From positions 166,441-230,440 of the forward strand of contig CAZQWH010000001.1 of assembly GCA_964597145.1 (NCBI GenBank): 64,000 nt of DNA. Direction: 5' to 3'. The translations under genes and the position numbers were made by a program. This DNA comes from an uncultured Candidatus Saccharibacteria bacterium (GTDB taxonomy: Bacteria > Patescibacteriota > CAZHWT01). The notes under the pieces are model-generated. The model was not told the origin of the DNA, ran no database searches, and worked only from the letters and a program-made list of their open reading frames with translations. This document shows, one piece after another, positions 9,519-18,147 of this stretch (position 1 is its first letter; each line of letters begins with the position of its first letter).

Positions 9519-10613
9519 TTAACTAGTTACATCACTCTCAATTACATCGTTGTTAGAAATAATGGTAGTAGGCCAGATCTTGCAGCCTGCAGCAATAACT
9601 ACGTCATCTCCAACTTGGGCATTATCCCCAATGGCTGTGCCAAAATAGGGTCGCTGGGTGTCAACCATTTGACCTTTAATAGCGGATTGTACTGTAGGGG
9701 AGGTAGTGGACGATGTAACTTTCAAACCCGATCCGAGTTCAACATTTTGACCTACAACCGAGTGGCTGAGTTGGCAATCTGGTCCAATAATTGCGCCACT
9801 GAAAATAGTGGAATCGGTAATAATGCTATTGTCGCCAATCGTTACGTTATCACCAATAACAGAGCTACCAGTAACAGAGACGTTTTCTCCAACATGAATA
9901 TTTTGGCCAAGAACCGGTTGACCGGTTAGTTTTTGATGGGCGCCAAGGATATGCCAAGGGTAGCCAATGGGTAGCCAGTAATCGACAACTTGAATGGTTT
10001 GAATGGGGTGAGTCTGAGCGAAGGCGGTAACGGTTTCGGTAAATTCGTATTCGCCCCGTGATGAAAGCTTAACCTGGTGATATAGATTAAAAATTTCGGT
10101 TGAAAGGAGGGCGGCGCCAGTGTAAGCTAGGTTGCCCATAAATTGAGCTGGTTTTTCAACGAGTTGAATGAGTCGGCCTTGTTGGTCGGCATTAAGGATG
10201 CCCCACTTTTCGGGATCGGTGACAGGTTGGCCAAGAACAGCAAACTCGTGTTGCAACAGTTGCTCAATGTCTTTAGGGCTATACAGGTCATCGCCATTCA
10301 GGCAGAGTAGTCGATGCTCGCCAGAGATAGAATGAGCTGCCGCCTGGTAGGCATTAGCTGTGCCGAGTGGTTGTTCTTGGACGGCAGTTGTAACTGGTAT
10401 AGGCCAATCATGATTATGGATATAGGTTGAGATTTGGTGGCCAAAATCGTTGGGTCCAATCACGACTATTACTTCGTCAACATAGGGCGCTACTGCTGAC
10501 ATATGATAATCTAAGAGTGGTTTATTTACGATAGGGATAAGAACTTTGGGGCGGGTGAGGCCAAGGGGGGCAAGTCGGGCACCGCCACCAGCTGCTAATA
10601 TAATTGCTTTCAT
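9519..10613 (-). CDS. Sugar-1-phosphate nucleotidylyltransferase with C-terminal left-handed beta-helix (GlmU/RmlA-like)
   Basis: N-terminal MKAIILAAGGGARLAPLGLTRPKVLIP (NTP_transferase G-x-G-x-R motif). C-terminal hexapeptide repeats (IGDNVTIGDNSIITDSTI...). Confidence 0.7.
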   Translation of the reverse strand: MKAIILAAGGGARLAPLGLTRPKVLIPIVNKPLLDYHMSAVAPYVDEVIVVIGPNDFGHQISTYIHNHDWPIPVTTAVQEQPLGTANAYQAAAHSISGEHRLLCLNGDDLYSPKDIEQLLQHEFAVLGQPVTDPEKWGILNADQQGRLIQLVEKPAQFMGNLAYTGAALLSTEIFNLYHQVKLSSRGEYEFTETVTAFAQTHPIQTIQVVDYWLPIGYPWHILGAHQKLTGQPVLGQNIHVGENVSVTGSSVIGDNVTIGDNSIITDSTIFSGAIIGPDCQLSHSVVGQNVELGSGLKVTSSTTSPTVQSAIKGQMVDTQRPYFGTAIGDNAQVGDDVVIAAGCKIWPTTIISNNDVIESDVTS

Positions 10614-10653
10614 AATACGATCTTAAGCTGCGCGCCACCTAGGAGTATCTTCA

Positions 10654-10842
10654 TTATTTTTCGTCACGAATCGTCAAACTTTGACTCTCTTCGTTATATT
10701 CAATAACTATCCTTTGCCCATCACGCCAACCCAACTGGCGAATGTAGCCGATGGGCAACGTTACAAAGTAAGAGGGGTTTTGGCTAGAGCCAGTTTGGCC
10801 GAGCTTACGGATATTTTCTTGACCAGATACACGACGAGACAT
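10654..10842 (-). CDS. Small AbrB/MazE-like (SpoVT-AbrB fold) protein
   Basis: 62 aa; LPIGYIRQLGWRDGQRIVIEY resembles a swapped-hairpin DNA-binding domain. A degenerate copy of the AT palindrome lies in its upstream region. Confidence 0.3.
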   Translation of the reverse strand: MSRRVSGQENIRKLGQTGSSQNPSYFVTLPIGYIRQLGWRDGQRIVIEYNEESQSLTIRDEK

Positions 10843-10857
10843 ACATGCTCCTTTAAT

Positions 10858-10885
10858 TTAATTATATAATAAAGTATATAAGTAA
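10858..10885. repeat. Degenerate copy of the dispersed AT-rich palindromic element (TTAATTATATAAT-AA-AGTATATAAGTAA)
   Basis: 11 of 13 matches in the second arm to the consensus seen at the five intact copies. Confidence 0.5.
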
Positions 10886-10961
10886 AGTAGGTTCGCGGCA
10901 AGGGAGGTAAGAATGAAGTGGGCCAATAGCAGATCGCTAATGACCCACCTGTGCTATCTAC

Positions 10962-11594
10962 CTATCTGGCTCGAACAAAGAATGAGTGCCACTTAGTTCG
11001 AAGGCTGCGAGGTTGATAGACATAGTCAACCAGTTCAAAGCCAGATACTTCCAAAACCGGCTCAAACTCTTCGCGCGTCCAGTAAGTAAAATGACGGTAC
11101 ATTTCTTGATCATCAATGGTCTCAACCTCAATCGTTTCACCCCGACCGTCTTTGAGCGAGATAAAACCAATCCCGCCAGGCCGTTGAGTATGTCGAATCT
11201 GCTTCAGTGCTTGATAGATTCGCAGCCGTGGAATATGAAGCAGCACCGCCGATGCCCAAAACCCGTCAAATGAATTATCAAAGCTGAGGTCATAGACGCT
11301 CTGCTCAATGAAAGTGTGGCCAGGCAGAGCTTGGCGAGCTATCTCGAGCAAACCTGAAGAAATGTCAGTGCCAACATAGTGGTAGCCAAGCGCGATAAGC
11401 TCCTTAGCATCGCGGCCTCCGCCCGAACCAATTTCGAGAATTCGACCCTGAGGCAGGAGTTGGTGGAACAAATCCATTTCCAGCTCCCAATAACCCGGCT
11501 CACCATGCTCGGCAGACCACTGGTGAGCGGCCCGATCGTAGTAACCAAGTGTCAGCTCCTCCTCGGGCAGTAACGGCAGGTGATGGTTGGCCAT
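10962..11594 (-). CDS. Class I SAM-dependent methyltransferase
   Basis: Motif I ILEIGSGGGRD. ATG at 11594 preceded by AGGAGAG. Supplied ORF extends to 11627. Confidence 0.75.
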   Translation of the reverse strand: MANHHLPLLPEEELTLGYYDRAAHQWSAEHGEPGYWELEMDLFHQLLPQGRILEIGSGGGRDAKELIALGYHYVGTDISSGLLEIARQALPGHTFIEQSVYDLSFDNSFDGFWASAVLLHIPRLRIYQALKQIRHTQRPGGIGFISLKDGRGETIEVETIDDQEMYRHFTYWTREEFEPVLEVSGFELVDYVYQPRSLRTKWHSFFVRAR

Positions 11595-11779
11595 TGTATT
11601 CTCTCCTGATGAAAGGCCATAGATCAACTGCTGTGCTTATACCGAAAGTACCTGAGGTTGTCAAATGTAATAAAGACCCCATCTACTTATTGGGCTAACA
11701 ATACCCACCAGTAATATCTTCAAATTTAAATCCCCTCCTCAACCAATGTATGATAAGTTTAACTGAGATAATATACATG

Positions 11780-11805
11780 AATTATATAATTAATTATATA
11801 ATTAA
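11780..11805. repeat. Dispersed AT-rich palindromic element, copy 1 (AATTATATAATT x2 + AA), with CTGAG flank at 11763-11767
   Basis: Same core and same orientation of the upstream CTGAG(T/A)TA flank as copies at 37446, 51858, 56880 and 61029. Confidence 0.8.
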
Positions 11806-12020
11806 AATAGAGACGTAAGTATCGCTCATTAATCGGATAAACGACAAATGTCAATCATATACTAATGTAATAGTATTGCCTATCAACTGGAGTAAGGAGA
11901 GGCAGAATTAATAAACCTCAATCGAGGACGAAACTTGTTTTTGCTGCCAATGGCATAAGGCTGCCCCAAACAGATGTCTCCGAGGGTAATCTGGGAGAGA
12001 GAGTAGGTAAAAGCCAAAGA

Positions 12021-12060
12021 AAAAGCACCTTGGGGTGTAATAGCTAGATAGGTGCTTTTT
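12021..12060 (+). terminator. Hairpin plus T-tract terminator-like element (AAAAGCACCT...AGGTGCTTTTT)
   Basis: 10 bp stem with a 19 nt loop followed by T5. Lies about 220 nt downstream of palindrome copy 1 with no ORF between. Confidence 0.45.
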
Positions 12061-12136
12061 CATTCTAGGGCAATTTTCCTAGAACATATGTGCCCTTCTT
12101 TCTGCACCTTACAGTGCTTCGCAATGACTGGTAACG

Positions 12137-12859
12137 TCATGCCTCAGAGGATGATTGGTAAAGTTCGGCCCGTTTACCTCGAGATTTATTGAATAACTCG
12201 ATCCAGCGCTGCGGTGACCATCCTTTGGGTATCCAATGCACCCACAAGCCACCACAAATTTGTTGTCCTCGACCGTATGGCCACTTTGATTGATATGGTG
12301 CCCATCCACTAACGTGATCCTCGACGAAGATTTCATCAAACATGATCGATCCATCTGCCTCATAAATGACCAGGCGATCACCACCATGAATGATGCGGAG
12401 CGAGTCATACCCGTCCAAACCATCAACTTCGATAGACCAATAGGCCCCCTCAGTGCCCGTTTCGAAAAAAGCTTCGAGTTTGCCGACTGCGGCGGTGGTG
12501 TTGGCTAGCCGTTCTCTTCGTTGAGCAATAAATCCCCGATCCTCATCGGTTAGTGATTGCTGTTGAAGATAGTTAGGAGTGATGGGGGTTTTCTGGCGCT
12601 CTACATCCCATCGCTCCGCCGCTTCCTGACATATGACTGCAAATTGGACAACAGCTTGAATTGCTGTGTCAATTTTGTCTTGATCAGAAGTAAAAGCGAT
12701 ACTTTTGTCGATTTGCTCGTAGCAGTCAGAGAGTTTCTGGTACGTCTTTTTATAAAGGTCGTACAGTTCTTGCTGGACAATCAGATCATAGCGAAACAAC
12801 AAGGTGTTGAGGTTATCCCAGGCAACATCGAATTCTCGACTCTTGGTTTGGTCGCTCAT
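12137..12859 (-). CDS. Hypothetical protein (coiled-coil N-half, Trp/Gly-rich C-half)
   Basis: 240-codon ORF with good coding appearance. No recognised family. Confidence 0.45.
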   Translation of the reverse strand: MSDQTKSREFDVAWDNLNTLLFRYDLIVQQELYDLYKKTYQKLSDCYEQIDKSIAFTSDQDKIDTAIQAVVQFAVICQEAAERWDVERQKTPITPNYLQQQSLTDEDRGFIAQRRERLANTTAAVGKLEAFFETGTEGAYWSIEVDGLDGYDSLRIIHGGDRLVIYEADGSIMFDEIFVEDHVSGWAPYQSKWPYGRGQQICGGLWVHWIPKGWSPQRWIELFNKSRGKRAELYQSSSEA

Positions 12860-12978
12860 GGTCTTCTCCTCTGTGAATTGAGCAACGCTATAGAACAGCA
12901 GGATTGTAGCACAAACTCCAGTTAATGTGTAGCTATAGGCTTATGTCTTAATTGTTTGTATTATGGATCAAATAGAAG

Positions 12979-13130
12979 CTGGTCGGGGTGAGAGTAACGT
13001 TCGCCCTGCTCTCGGCTCATAGCCTTCCACTATCAAATTCGTCGGTTCCATAGTTTCAGGCTATTAAATAAACCTCCGACCGACCAATGGAAGTAATTTC
13101 CCATACTGGCGCCCCGCGCCACCTAGGTTT
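12979..13130 (-). other. Degenerate tRNA-Pro-like partial copy (D-arm/anticodon-arm-like segment, T-stem start and exact 3'-end repeat CTCTCACCCCGACCAG)
   Basis: Minus-strand reading gives GGCGC-GGG-GCGCC-AGTATGGG...GGAGGTT...CTCTCACCCCGACCAG. It lacks a 5' acceptor strand. The 16 nt 3' end is identical to that of the adjacent intact tRNA-Pro. Confidence 0.4.
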
Positions 13131-13142
13131 AGTGTAATTTAC

Positions 13143-13219
13143 TGGTCGGGGTGAGAGGACTTGAACCTCCGACCTCCAGTACCCCATACTGGCGCGCTAG
13201 CCAACTGCGCCACACCCCG
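13143..13219 (-). tRNA. tRNA-Pro (anticodon GGG)
   Basis: Reverse complement CGGGGTG-TG-GCGC-AGTTGGCTA-GCGC-G-CCAGT-ATGGGGT-ACTGG-AGGTC-GGAGG-TTCAAGT-CCTCT-CACCCCG-A-CCA folds as a cloverleaf with a 7 bp acceptor stem, GGTTCAAGTCC T-arm and encoded CCA. Confidence 0.85.
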
Positions 13220-13468
13220 AAAACAAAGTTAAAAGTTAAAAGGCAAAAGGCAAAAGTGATTGACATGTAACATTTTAACTCTGGGATTATATCAGGTATA
13301 AAGCTAAAATTCTAACTCCGAACTCCTATCTCCGTACTTCCGGAACTGCTTGGCCGTTGACGTTTCGGGTTATGTTGGGGTATAGTTCTTATACTCCTTG
13401 CTACACTGTTGGCATGAGGTGTTTTATACTAGTATGGTTAGGTTTGAATAGTACGAAAGGATAATGTT

Positions 13469-14530
13469 ATGGCAACAGCCGCAGATCAAAATAAATCTCA
13501 AGCCATCAAATTGGCTATGGAGCAAATCGAAAAGCAATTTGGCAAGGGCTCTATCATGAAGCTCGGCGATAAGCAGGGCAGCATGAATGTGGAATGTACC
13601 GCGTCTGGGTCTATTGCTCTCGATATGGCGCTCGGTGGTGGTTATCCAAAAGGCCGTATTATTGAAATATACGGACCGGAGTCGTCCGGCAAAACTACGC
13701 TAACCTTGCATGCGGTAGCCGAAGTCCAAAAAGCAGGTGGCACAGCCGCGTTCGTCGACGCCGAACATGCTTTAGATCCGGTCTATGCCAAGCGTATCGG
13801 TGTTGATGTTGAAGCATTACTCGTCTCGCAGCCAGATAATGGTGAACAGGCACTAGAGATTACCGAAACTCTAATTCGATCCGGAGCAGTCGATATGATC
13901 GTGGTTGACTCCGTGGCCGCCCTAACTCCTCGTGCCGAGATTGAAGGAGATATGGGTGATGCCCAAATGGGCTTGCAGGCTCGATTAATGAGTCAAGCTT
14001 TACGTAAATTGACTGGTGCTATTTCTCGATCTAATTCCACCGTTATTTTCACTAATCAGCTTCGAGAAAAGATTGGCGTAATGTTTGGCAACCCCGAAAC
14101 CACGACCGGTGGTAAAGCCTTAAAGTTCTATGCTTCAATTCGGCTAGAAGTTCGCCGAACCGGTCAAATTAAAGATGCCGATAACGTCACTGGTAGCCAG
14201 ACCAAGGTTAAAGTAGTCAAGAATAAGATTGCTCCACCATTCCGTACCGCCGAGTTCGATATTATGTATAACGAAGGCATCTCTAAATCAGGCAGCACCT
14301 TAGATGTAGCTGTAGAAATGGGAATAATCCAGAAAGCTGGAGCTTGGTTTAGCTATAACGATGAAAAAATTTCTCAGGGACGTGAAGCCGCTAAGAAATA
14401 TCTCCAAGAAAATCCAAAAGTAATGGAAGAGGTTAACAAGAAAATTAGAGCCTCAAAAGTCGAAATCCCATTCGAAATTGGCCGTGACTCCGAAGCTGAG
14501 GATGACGCAATAGATGGCGCCAGCCAGTAA
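13469..14530 (+). CDS. recA: Recombinase RecA
   Basis: [20 protein letters not shown] Walker A and a full RecA core. RBS AAAGGA. Confidence 0.97.
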   Translation: MATAADQNKSQAIKLAMEQIEKQFGKGSIMKLGDKQGSMNVECTASGSIALDMALGGGYPKGRIIEIYGPESSGKTTLTLHAVAEVQKAGGTAAFVDAEHALDPVYAKRIGVDVEALLVSQPDNGEQALEITETLIRSGAVDMIVVDSVAALTPRAEIEGDMGDAQMGLQARLMSQALRKLTGAISRSNSTVIFTNQLREKIGVMFGNPETTTGGKALKFYASIRLEVRRTGQIKDADNVTGSQTKVKVVKNKIAPPFRTAEFDIMYNEGISKSGSTLDVAVEMGIIQKAGAWFSYNDEKISQGREAAKKYLQENPKVMEEVNKKIRASKVEIPFEIGRDSEAEDDAIDGASQ

Positions 14531-14563
14531 TTGCTACCGGGCCTCTATAAAGTGAGAAATGTC

Positions 14564-14593
14564 AAAAGACCTGAATAAAAATTCAGGTCTTTT
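14564..14593. terminator. Bidirectional rho-independent terminator between recA (+) and the HD gene (-)
   Basis: AAAAGACCTGAAT-aaaa-ATTCAGGTCTTTT: 13 bp stem flanked by A and T tracts on both sides. Confidence 0.6.
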
Positions 14594-14620
14594 GGGTGTA
14601 TAAATAATCCTGCTCTCCGT

Positions 14621-15229
14621 TTAACTTTGTAGCGACTCATCCACTTCGCGTTTTAGCTCAAGCATAAAGTCTTGCATAAATTTATATCGCTGAAGGGCTA
14701 TTTGCCTAGCTGAGTCTGTGTATAACATTTCAAACCATTCTAATTGAAAGGCAACCTGCTCGCTAATAGTCGCCGCAGTGCGCGAGCCCTGGCTTACTAT
14801 CACGCCTTCTGGATAGTCAGGCAAATGGCTTTTAGAAGTATAGGCCCGGATTAAACCAATCGCGCCTAAGCCGTCAATTTTATCTGCATCTTGCAAAATA
14901 TGTGCCAGCGCTCCATCGGATTCCTTAGCACTATGTTGCTCAATGGCAGCTATAATGCGATCTTTGGCTTCCGTTGTAAAATGAGACAAGTCATCGAGTA
15001 ACTCTTTAGCTAATTCTACTCCAGCCTGGTCATGACCCTGCTCCTCTTGCTGCAGTATACGTCCTAAATCATGTAACAGCCCAGCAGCCTCAGCCTCTTC
15101 AGCGCTCACACCTTCAGACTGAGCAATTAATTTAGCCAATCCAGCTACCCGCAGCACATGTTTAATATCGTGGGCCGGAATATAGTGGTCGGCAAATAAC
15201 GCTTTAACTTTAGCCTGTAATTGTTCCAT
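14621..15229 (-). CDS. HD-domain phosphohydrolase
   Basis: H...HDLGR motif (LLHDLGRIL) and further His/Asp residues. Start is ATG 15229 or TTG 15232, 7 nt after a TATAGT -10-like hexamer. Confidence 0.65.
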   Translation of the reverse strand: MEQLQAKVKALFADHYIPAHDIKHVLRVAGLAKLIAQSEGVSAEEAEAAGLLHDLGRILQQEEQGHDQAGVELAKELLDDLSHFTTEAKDRIIAAIEQHSAKESDGALAHILQDADKIDGLGAIGLIRAYTSKSHLPDYPEGVIVSQGSRTAATISEQVAFQLEWFEMLYTDSARQIALQRYKFMQDFMLELKREVDESLQS

Positions 15230-15297
15230 CAATAAAAACTATAACACATAGTAAATTGAAATCAATTCGGGTTGCGAAGTGTGGCATAATAAACACT

Positions 15298-16365
15298 ATG
15301 AATCCAACCACACCCCAAGAAGCAGCACGTTTAAGTAATAATCCGCACCTAAATACAGCCTTATCTTTAACCAAGCGCTATATACGCCAACTATGGTTGG
15401 CGTTAGTTAGGTTGTGGAAGTGGGCAGCGTATGCTATTGGGTCGGTAGTGCTAGCTATAGTCGCACTCATTGTAGTGGTCAGCTTGGCCAGCGACGGTGG
15501 CAGCGGAATGACCACGGCTAATGAACAATATATCTCCGGTTCAGGTGCTAATAAAATTGCCGTGGTACCAATTGAGGGCATAATTGGCCAAACTAGTCCA
15601 TCGGTTTTTGGTGGTGGGGTAGGTCTATCGGCCGATCTGATTCGAACCGATCTTAACCAGGCTCAAAACGATCCCACCGTTAAAGCTATTATCTTAAGCA
15701 TAAATAGCCCGGGTGGTTCAGCCGTTGTCTCAGATCAGATCTATCAACACATTACCCAATTCAAGCATAGCTCCAACAAGCCGGTAATTGCCAGCCTTGG
15801 CGATACTGCTGCATCTGGCGGATACTATATTGCCGCAGCTGCCGACAAAATTGTGGCTAATCCTGCCAGCTTAACTGGCTCGATCGGGGTAATTATGGAG
15901 TTCTATGATGCTTCTGGATTATTACGCAATATTGGGGTTAGCCCTGAGGTAGTTAAAAGTGGCACCTACAAAGATATGGGCTCATTTACTCGGCCAGCAA
16001 CGGATGAAGAGCGGGCTATTTTGCAGAGCGTGGTAGATGAGGCGTATGGACAATTCGTCGATCGAGTGGCAGAAGGACGAAATATGGAGCGAGAGACGGT
16101 TATGGCCCTAGCTGATGGTCGAATTTATACTGGCTCGCAGGCCAAAGACAAGGGGTTGGTCGATGAGCTAGGCAATCTAAATGTAGCCGTCGACTTAGCC
16201 AAAGACTTTGCCGGCATCAATCAGGCTTCAGTCGTAAAATACACTCATGGCGGCTGGTGGGACTCAGTCTTAAGTGTTACTCAGTCGCTGCAGCCATTAT
16301 CTGCGTTAAACAAGCTAGCATCCACCCCTACAGTAGGTGGACTACAATATCGCTGGGCACCGTAA
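15298..16365 (+). CDS. sppA: Signal peptide peptidase SppA (S49 family, 36K type)
   Basis: N-terminal TM helix. S49 catalytic region IASLGDTAASGGYYIAAAADKIVANPASLTGSIGV. ATG lies 7 nt after TGGCATAAT, so the mRNA is probably leaderless. Confidence 0.8.
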   Translation: MNPTTPQEAARLSNNPHLNTALSLTKRYIRQLWLALVRLWKWAAYAIGSVVLAIVALIVVVSLASDGGSGMTTANEQYISGSGANKIAVVPIEGIIGQTSPSVFGGGVGLSADLIRTDLNQAQNDPTVKAIILSINSPGGSAVVSDQIYQHITQFKHSSNKPVIASLGDTAASGGYYIAAAADKIVANPASLTGSIGVIMEFYDASGLLRNIGVSPEVVKSGTYKDMGSFTRPATDEERAILQSVVDEAYGQFVDRVAEGRNMERETVMALADGRIYTGSQAKDKGLVDELGNLNVAVDLAKDFAGINQASVVKYTHGGWWDSVLSVTQSLQPLSALNKLASTPTVGGLQYRWAP

Positions 16366-16422
16366 CCAAGCCCTTGAAATCGAAATTTAGAAAATAGAAA
16401 CTAAAATGAGTAGAAATGTATC

Positions 16423-16453
16423 GAGGTGGTTGCGTATAACACGCAACCACCTC
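16423..16453. terminator. Perfect 13 bp palindromic hairpin (GAGGTGGTTGCGT-ataac-ACGCAACCACCTC) between convergent sppA and the S21-like gene
   Basis: Seen directly in sequence. No strong T tract on either side. Confidence 0.5.
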
Positions 16454-16467
16454 TCGTAGTTATCTAC

Positions 16468-16743
16468 CTAGTAGTTGGCAAGAAGGCGCTGCCTCTTGCC
16501 TTCGGCCTGCTGTTTGCGCCGGCGAGACCGCAGGCGCGATGAACGCTGCCGACTGTTGGGTTGGAGGTACCAACCCTTATAGTATCCTTCCTTGTTGGGC
16601 CGGACTCGGCCGAACATCAGAAGTTCTGCACCCTCCTCCCCCAAGTCTCGCACAGCAGAGTCAATGTTAATTTTCAGCATCTTGTCGTAAGGTCGCATAC
16701 TGTTCGTCTGCTCCTCTTGGCTAAGACCTTCACCCAAAGACAT
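16468..16743 (-). CDS. Small basic protein, possibly ribosomal protein S21-like
   Basis: Arg/Lys-rich C-terminus ending ...RLLANY, which resembles S21 ...RRTRLY. YYKGWYLQPNSRQR resembles the S21 EYYEKPSEKRKR segment. Three candidate starts: 16743, 16698 and 16680. Confidence 0.3.
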   Translation of the reverse strand: MSLGEGLSQEEQTNSMRPYDKMLKINIDSAVRDLGEEGAELLMFGRVRPNKEGYYKGWYLQPNSRQRSSRLRSRRRKQQAEGKRQRLLANY

Positions 16744-16994
16744 TCATATAATAATAACCTATAGTACAAGAAATGTCAAGCATGACAAAGAACTCCTAAA
16801 TCAGTATCCAAGGAAGTGCTAGGTGGTCTGTAGCCCAATGGTAATCTAGTCCGCAAGTCCAGAGTTCCTGCGCTGCCAATAAACTCATACTAGTGTGTAT
16901 TGAGTTTAGGTATAAGCCCCTGCTCCCTGAGCGGTGAGCAGATTTACCGATAGTCTCTCTTGAGGCTATCGGTAAAAGAATCGGTGGGCATAAC

Positions 16995-17570
16995 CTAGCT
17001 TCGGATAGTTTTCAGTGCAGTCGACCAGGCTACTACCTGATCAAGCATGGCGGTGATTGGTGCCCCCACCGATTCATCCTTAAGCTGGCCTTGCTCATCA
17101 AAGGCTGCCCAAACATTTGGAATATGAACCGCCGCTCGAACATCAGCCATTTGCAATTCAGCTGCGACACCTCGCAAATGCTCTACTGCCCGCGCTCCGC
17201 CCGCGATGCTACCGTATGAAATAAAGCCGAGCGCTTTGTTGTTCCACTGTTGATAGACATAATCAATGGCATTTTTCAGTGCACTTGGAACACCATGGTT
17301 ATATTCGGCAGTAATAAAGACAAATCCATCAGCCTCACCAATCTTTTTAGTCCAAGCCTGAACGGTGTCGATATCATAAGGTTTACCATCCATAACCGAC
17401 GGAGTTACAGCTTGGTCATAAAGCGGCATAGAGTAATCTTTTAAATCAACTAGTTCAAAATCAGCATCTTGACGCTGATCAATCTGCTTTGTAGCCCAGT
17501 TGGCCACGGTTTGGCCGCTGCGACCTTCGCGAATTGAACTTAATACAATAAGAATTTTGGGTTTAGACAT
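16995..17570 (-). CDS. NAD(P)H-dependent FMN reductase (flavodoxin-like fold)
   Basis: MSKPKILIVLSSIREGRSGQTVANW... matches the FMN_red family N-terminus. Two hairpins lie downstream of the stop. Confidence 0.75.
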   Translation of the reverse strand: MSKPKILIVLSSIREGRSGQTVANWATKQIDQRQDADFELVDLKDYSMPLYDQAVTPSVMDGKPYDIDTVQAWTKKIGEADGFVFITAEYNHGVPSALKNAIDYVYQQWNNKALGFISYGSIAGGARAVEHLRGVAAELQMADVRAAVHIPNVWAAFDEQGQLKDESVGAPITAMLDQVVAWSTALKTIRS

Positions 17571-17805
17571 GAAAAGTACCTCCCTTAAAAGGTTTGTAAT
17601 AAATTATTTTGTGGGCCAATAAGGTAAAAACCACACCTGGTTCGTTTATCAGGAGGGGTTAAGTCTACGCGATGAAGCGAAGTGGCTAGTTGCACCAACC
17701 AACCACAGCTGCATCAAAGCTGTATGGATGATACTAAGACATGCTATCGTTAATACTTTACTAAGTAAAGTAGTTACAATAAGTAAAGCATGATATAATC
17801 CCAAT

Positions 17806-18144
17806 ATGATAACAAAAACTGCTTCAACAATTGATGCATCACTTAACCCCGAAACCTGTGGGGTGACCAAAACCATTAAAGTGATTGGTGCTAAATGGAC
17901 AACCTTAATCTTGCGGGATTTATTTGAAGGCACTAAGCGCTTTGGGGAGTTGCAACGATCTTTATCGGGAATTAGCTCAAAAACACTGTCGGTTAGGCTA
18001 CAGGAATTAGAGGCAGATGGCATAATCCACAAGCAAGTCTTTGCCGAAGTTCCACCTCATGTTGAGTATTCTTTAACCGATAAAGGGCAATCGTTACGCC
18101 AAATAATAGATGATATGAGAGCTTGGGGCGAGCGGTCGGCTTAG
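17806..18144 (+). CDS. HxlR-family winged-helix transcriptional regulator
   Basis: CGVTKTIKVIGAKWTTLILRDLFEGTKRFGELQRSLSGISSKTLSVRLQELEADGII is the canonical HxlR HTH. Divergent from the FMN reductase gene. Confidence 0.8.
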   Translation: MITKTASTIDASLNPETCGVTKTIKVIGAKWTTLILRDLFEGTKRFGELQRSLSGISSKTLSVRLQELEADGIIHKQVFAEVPPHVEYSLTDKGQSLRQIIDDMRAWGERSA

Positions 18145-18147
18145 AAC

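Noticed and set aside
9483-9929. 148 aa ORF on the plus strand
   Set aside because: Fully antisense to the well-supported sugar nucleotidyltransferase gene. The low-complexity translation reflects the hexapeptide repeats on the other strand.
13220-13468. LexA/SOS box upstream of recA
   Set aside because: Neither the CTGT-N8-ACAG nor the CGAAC-N4-GTTCG type is present. Only short tandem AAAAGTT/AAAAGGC repeats and a TTGACA -35 were seen.
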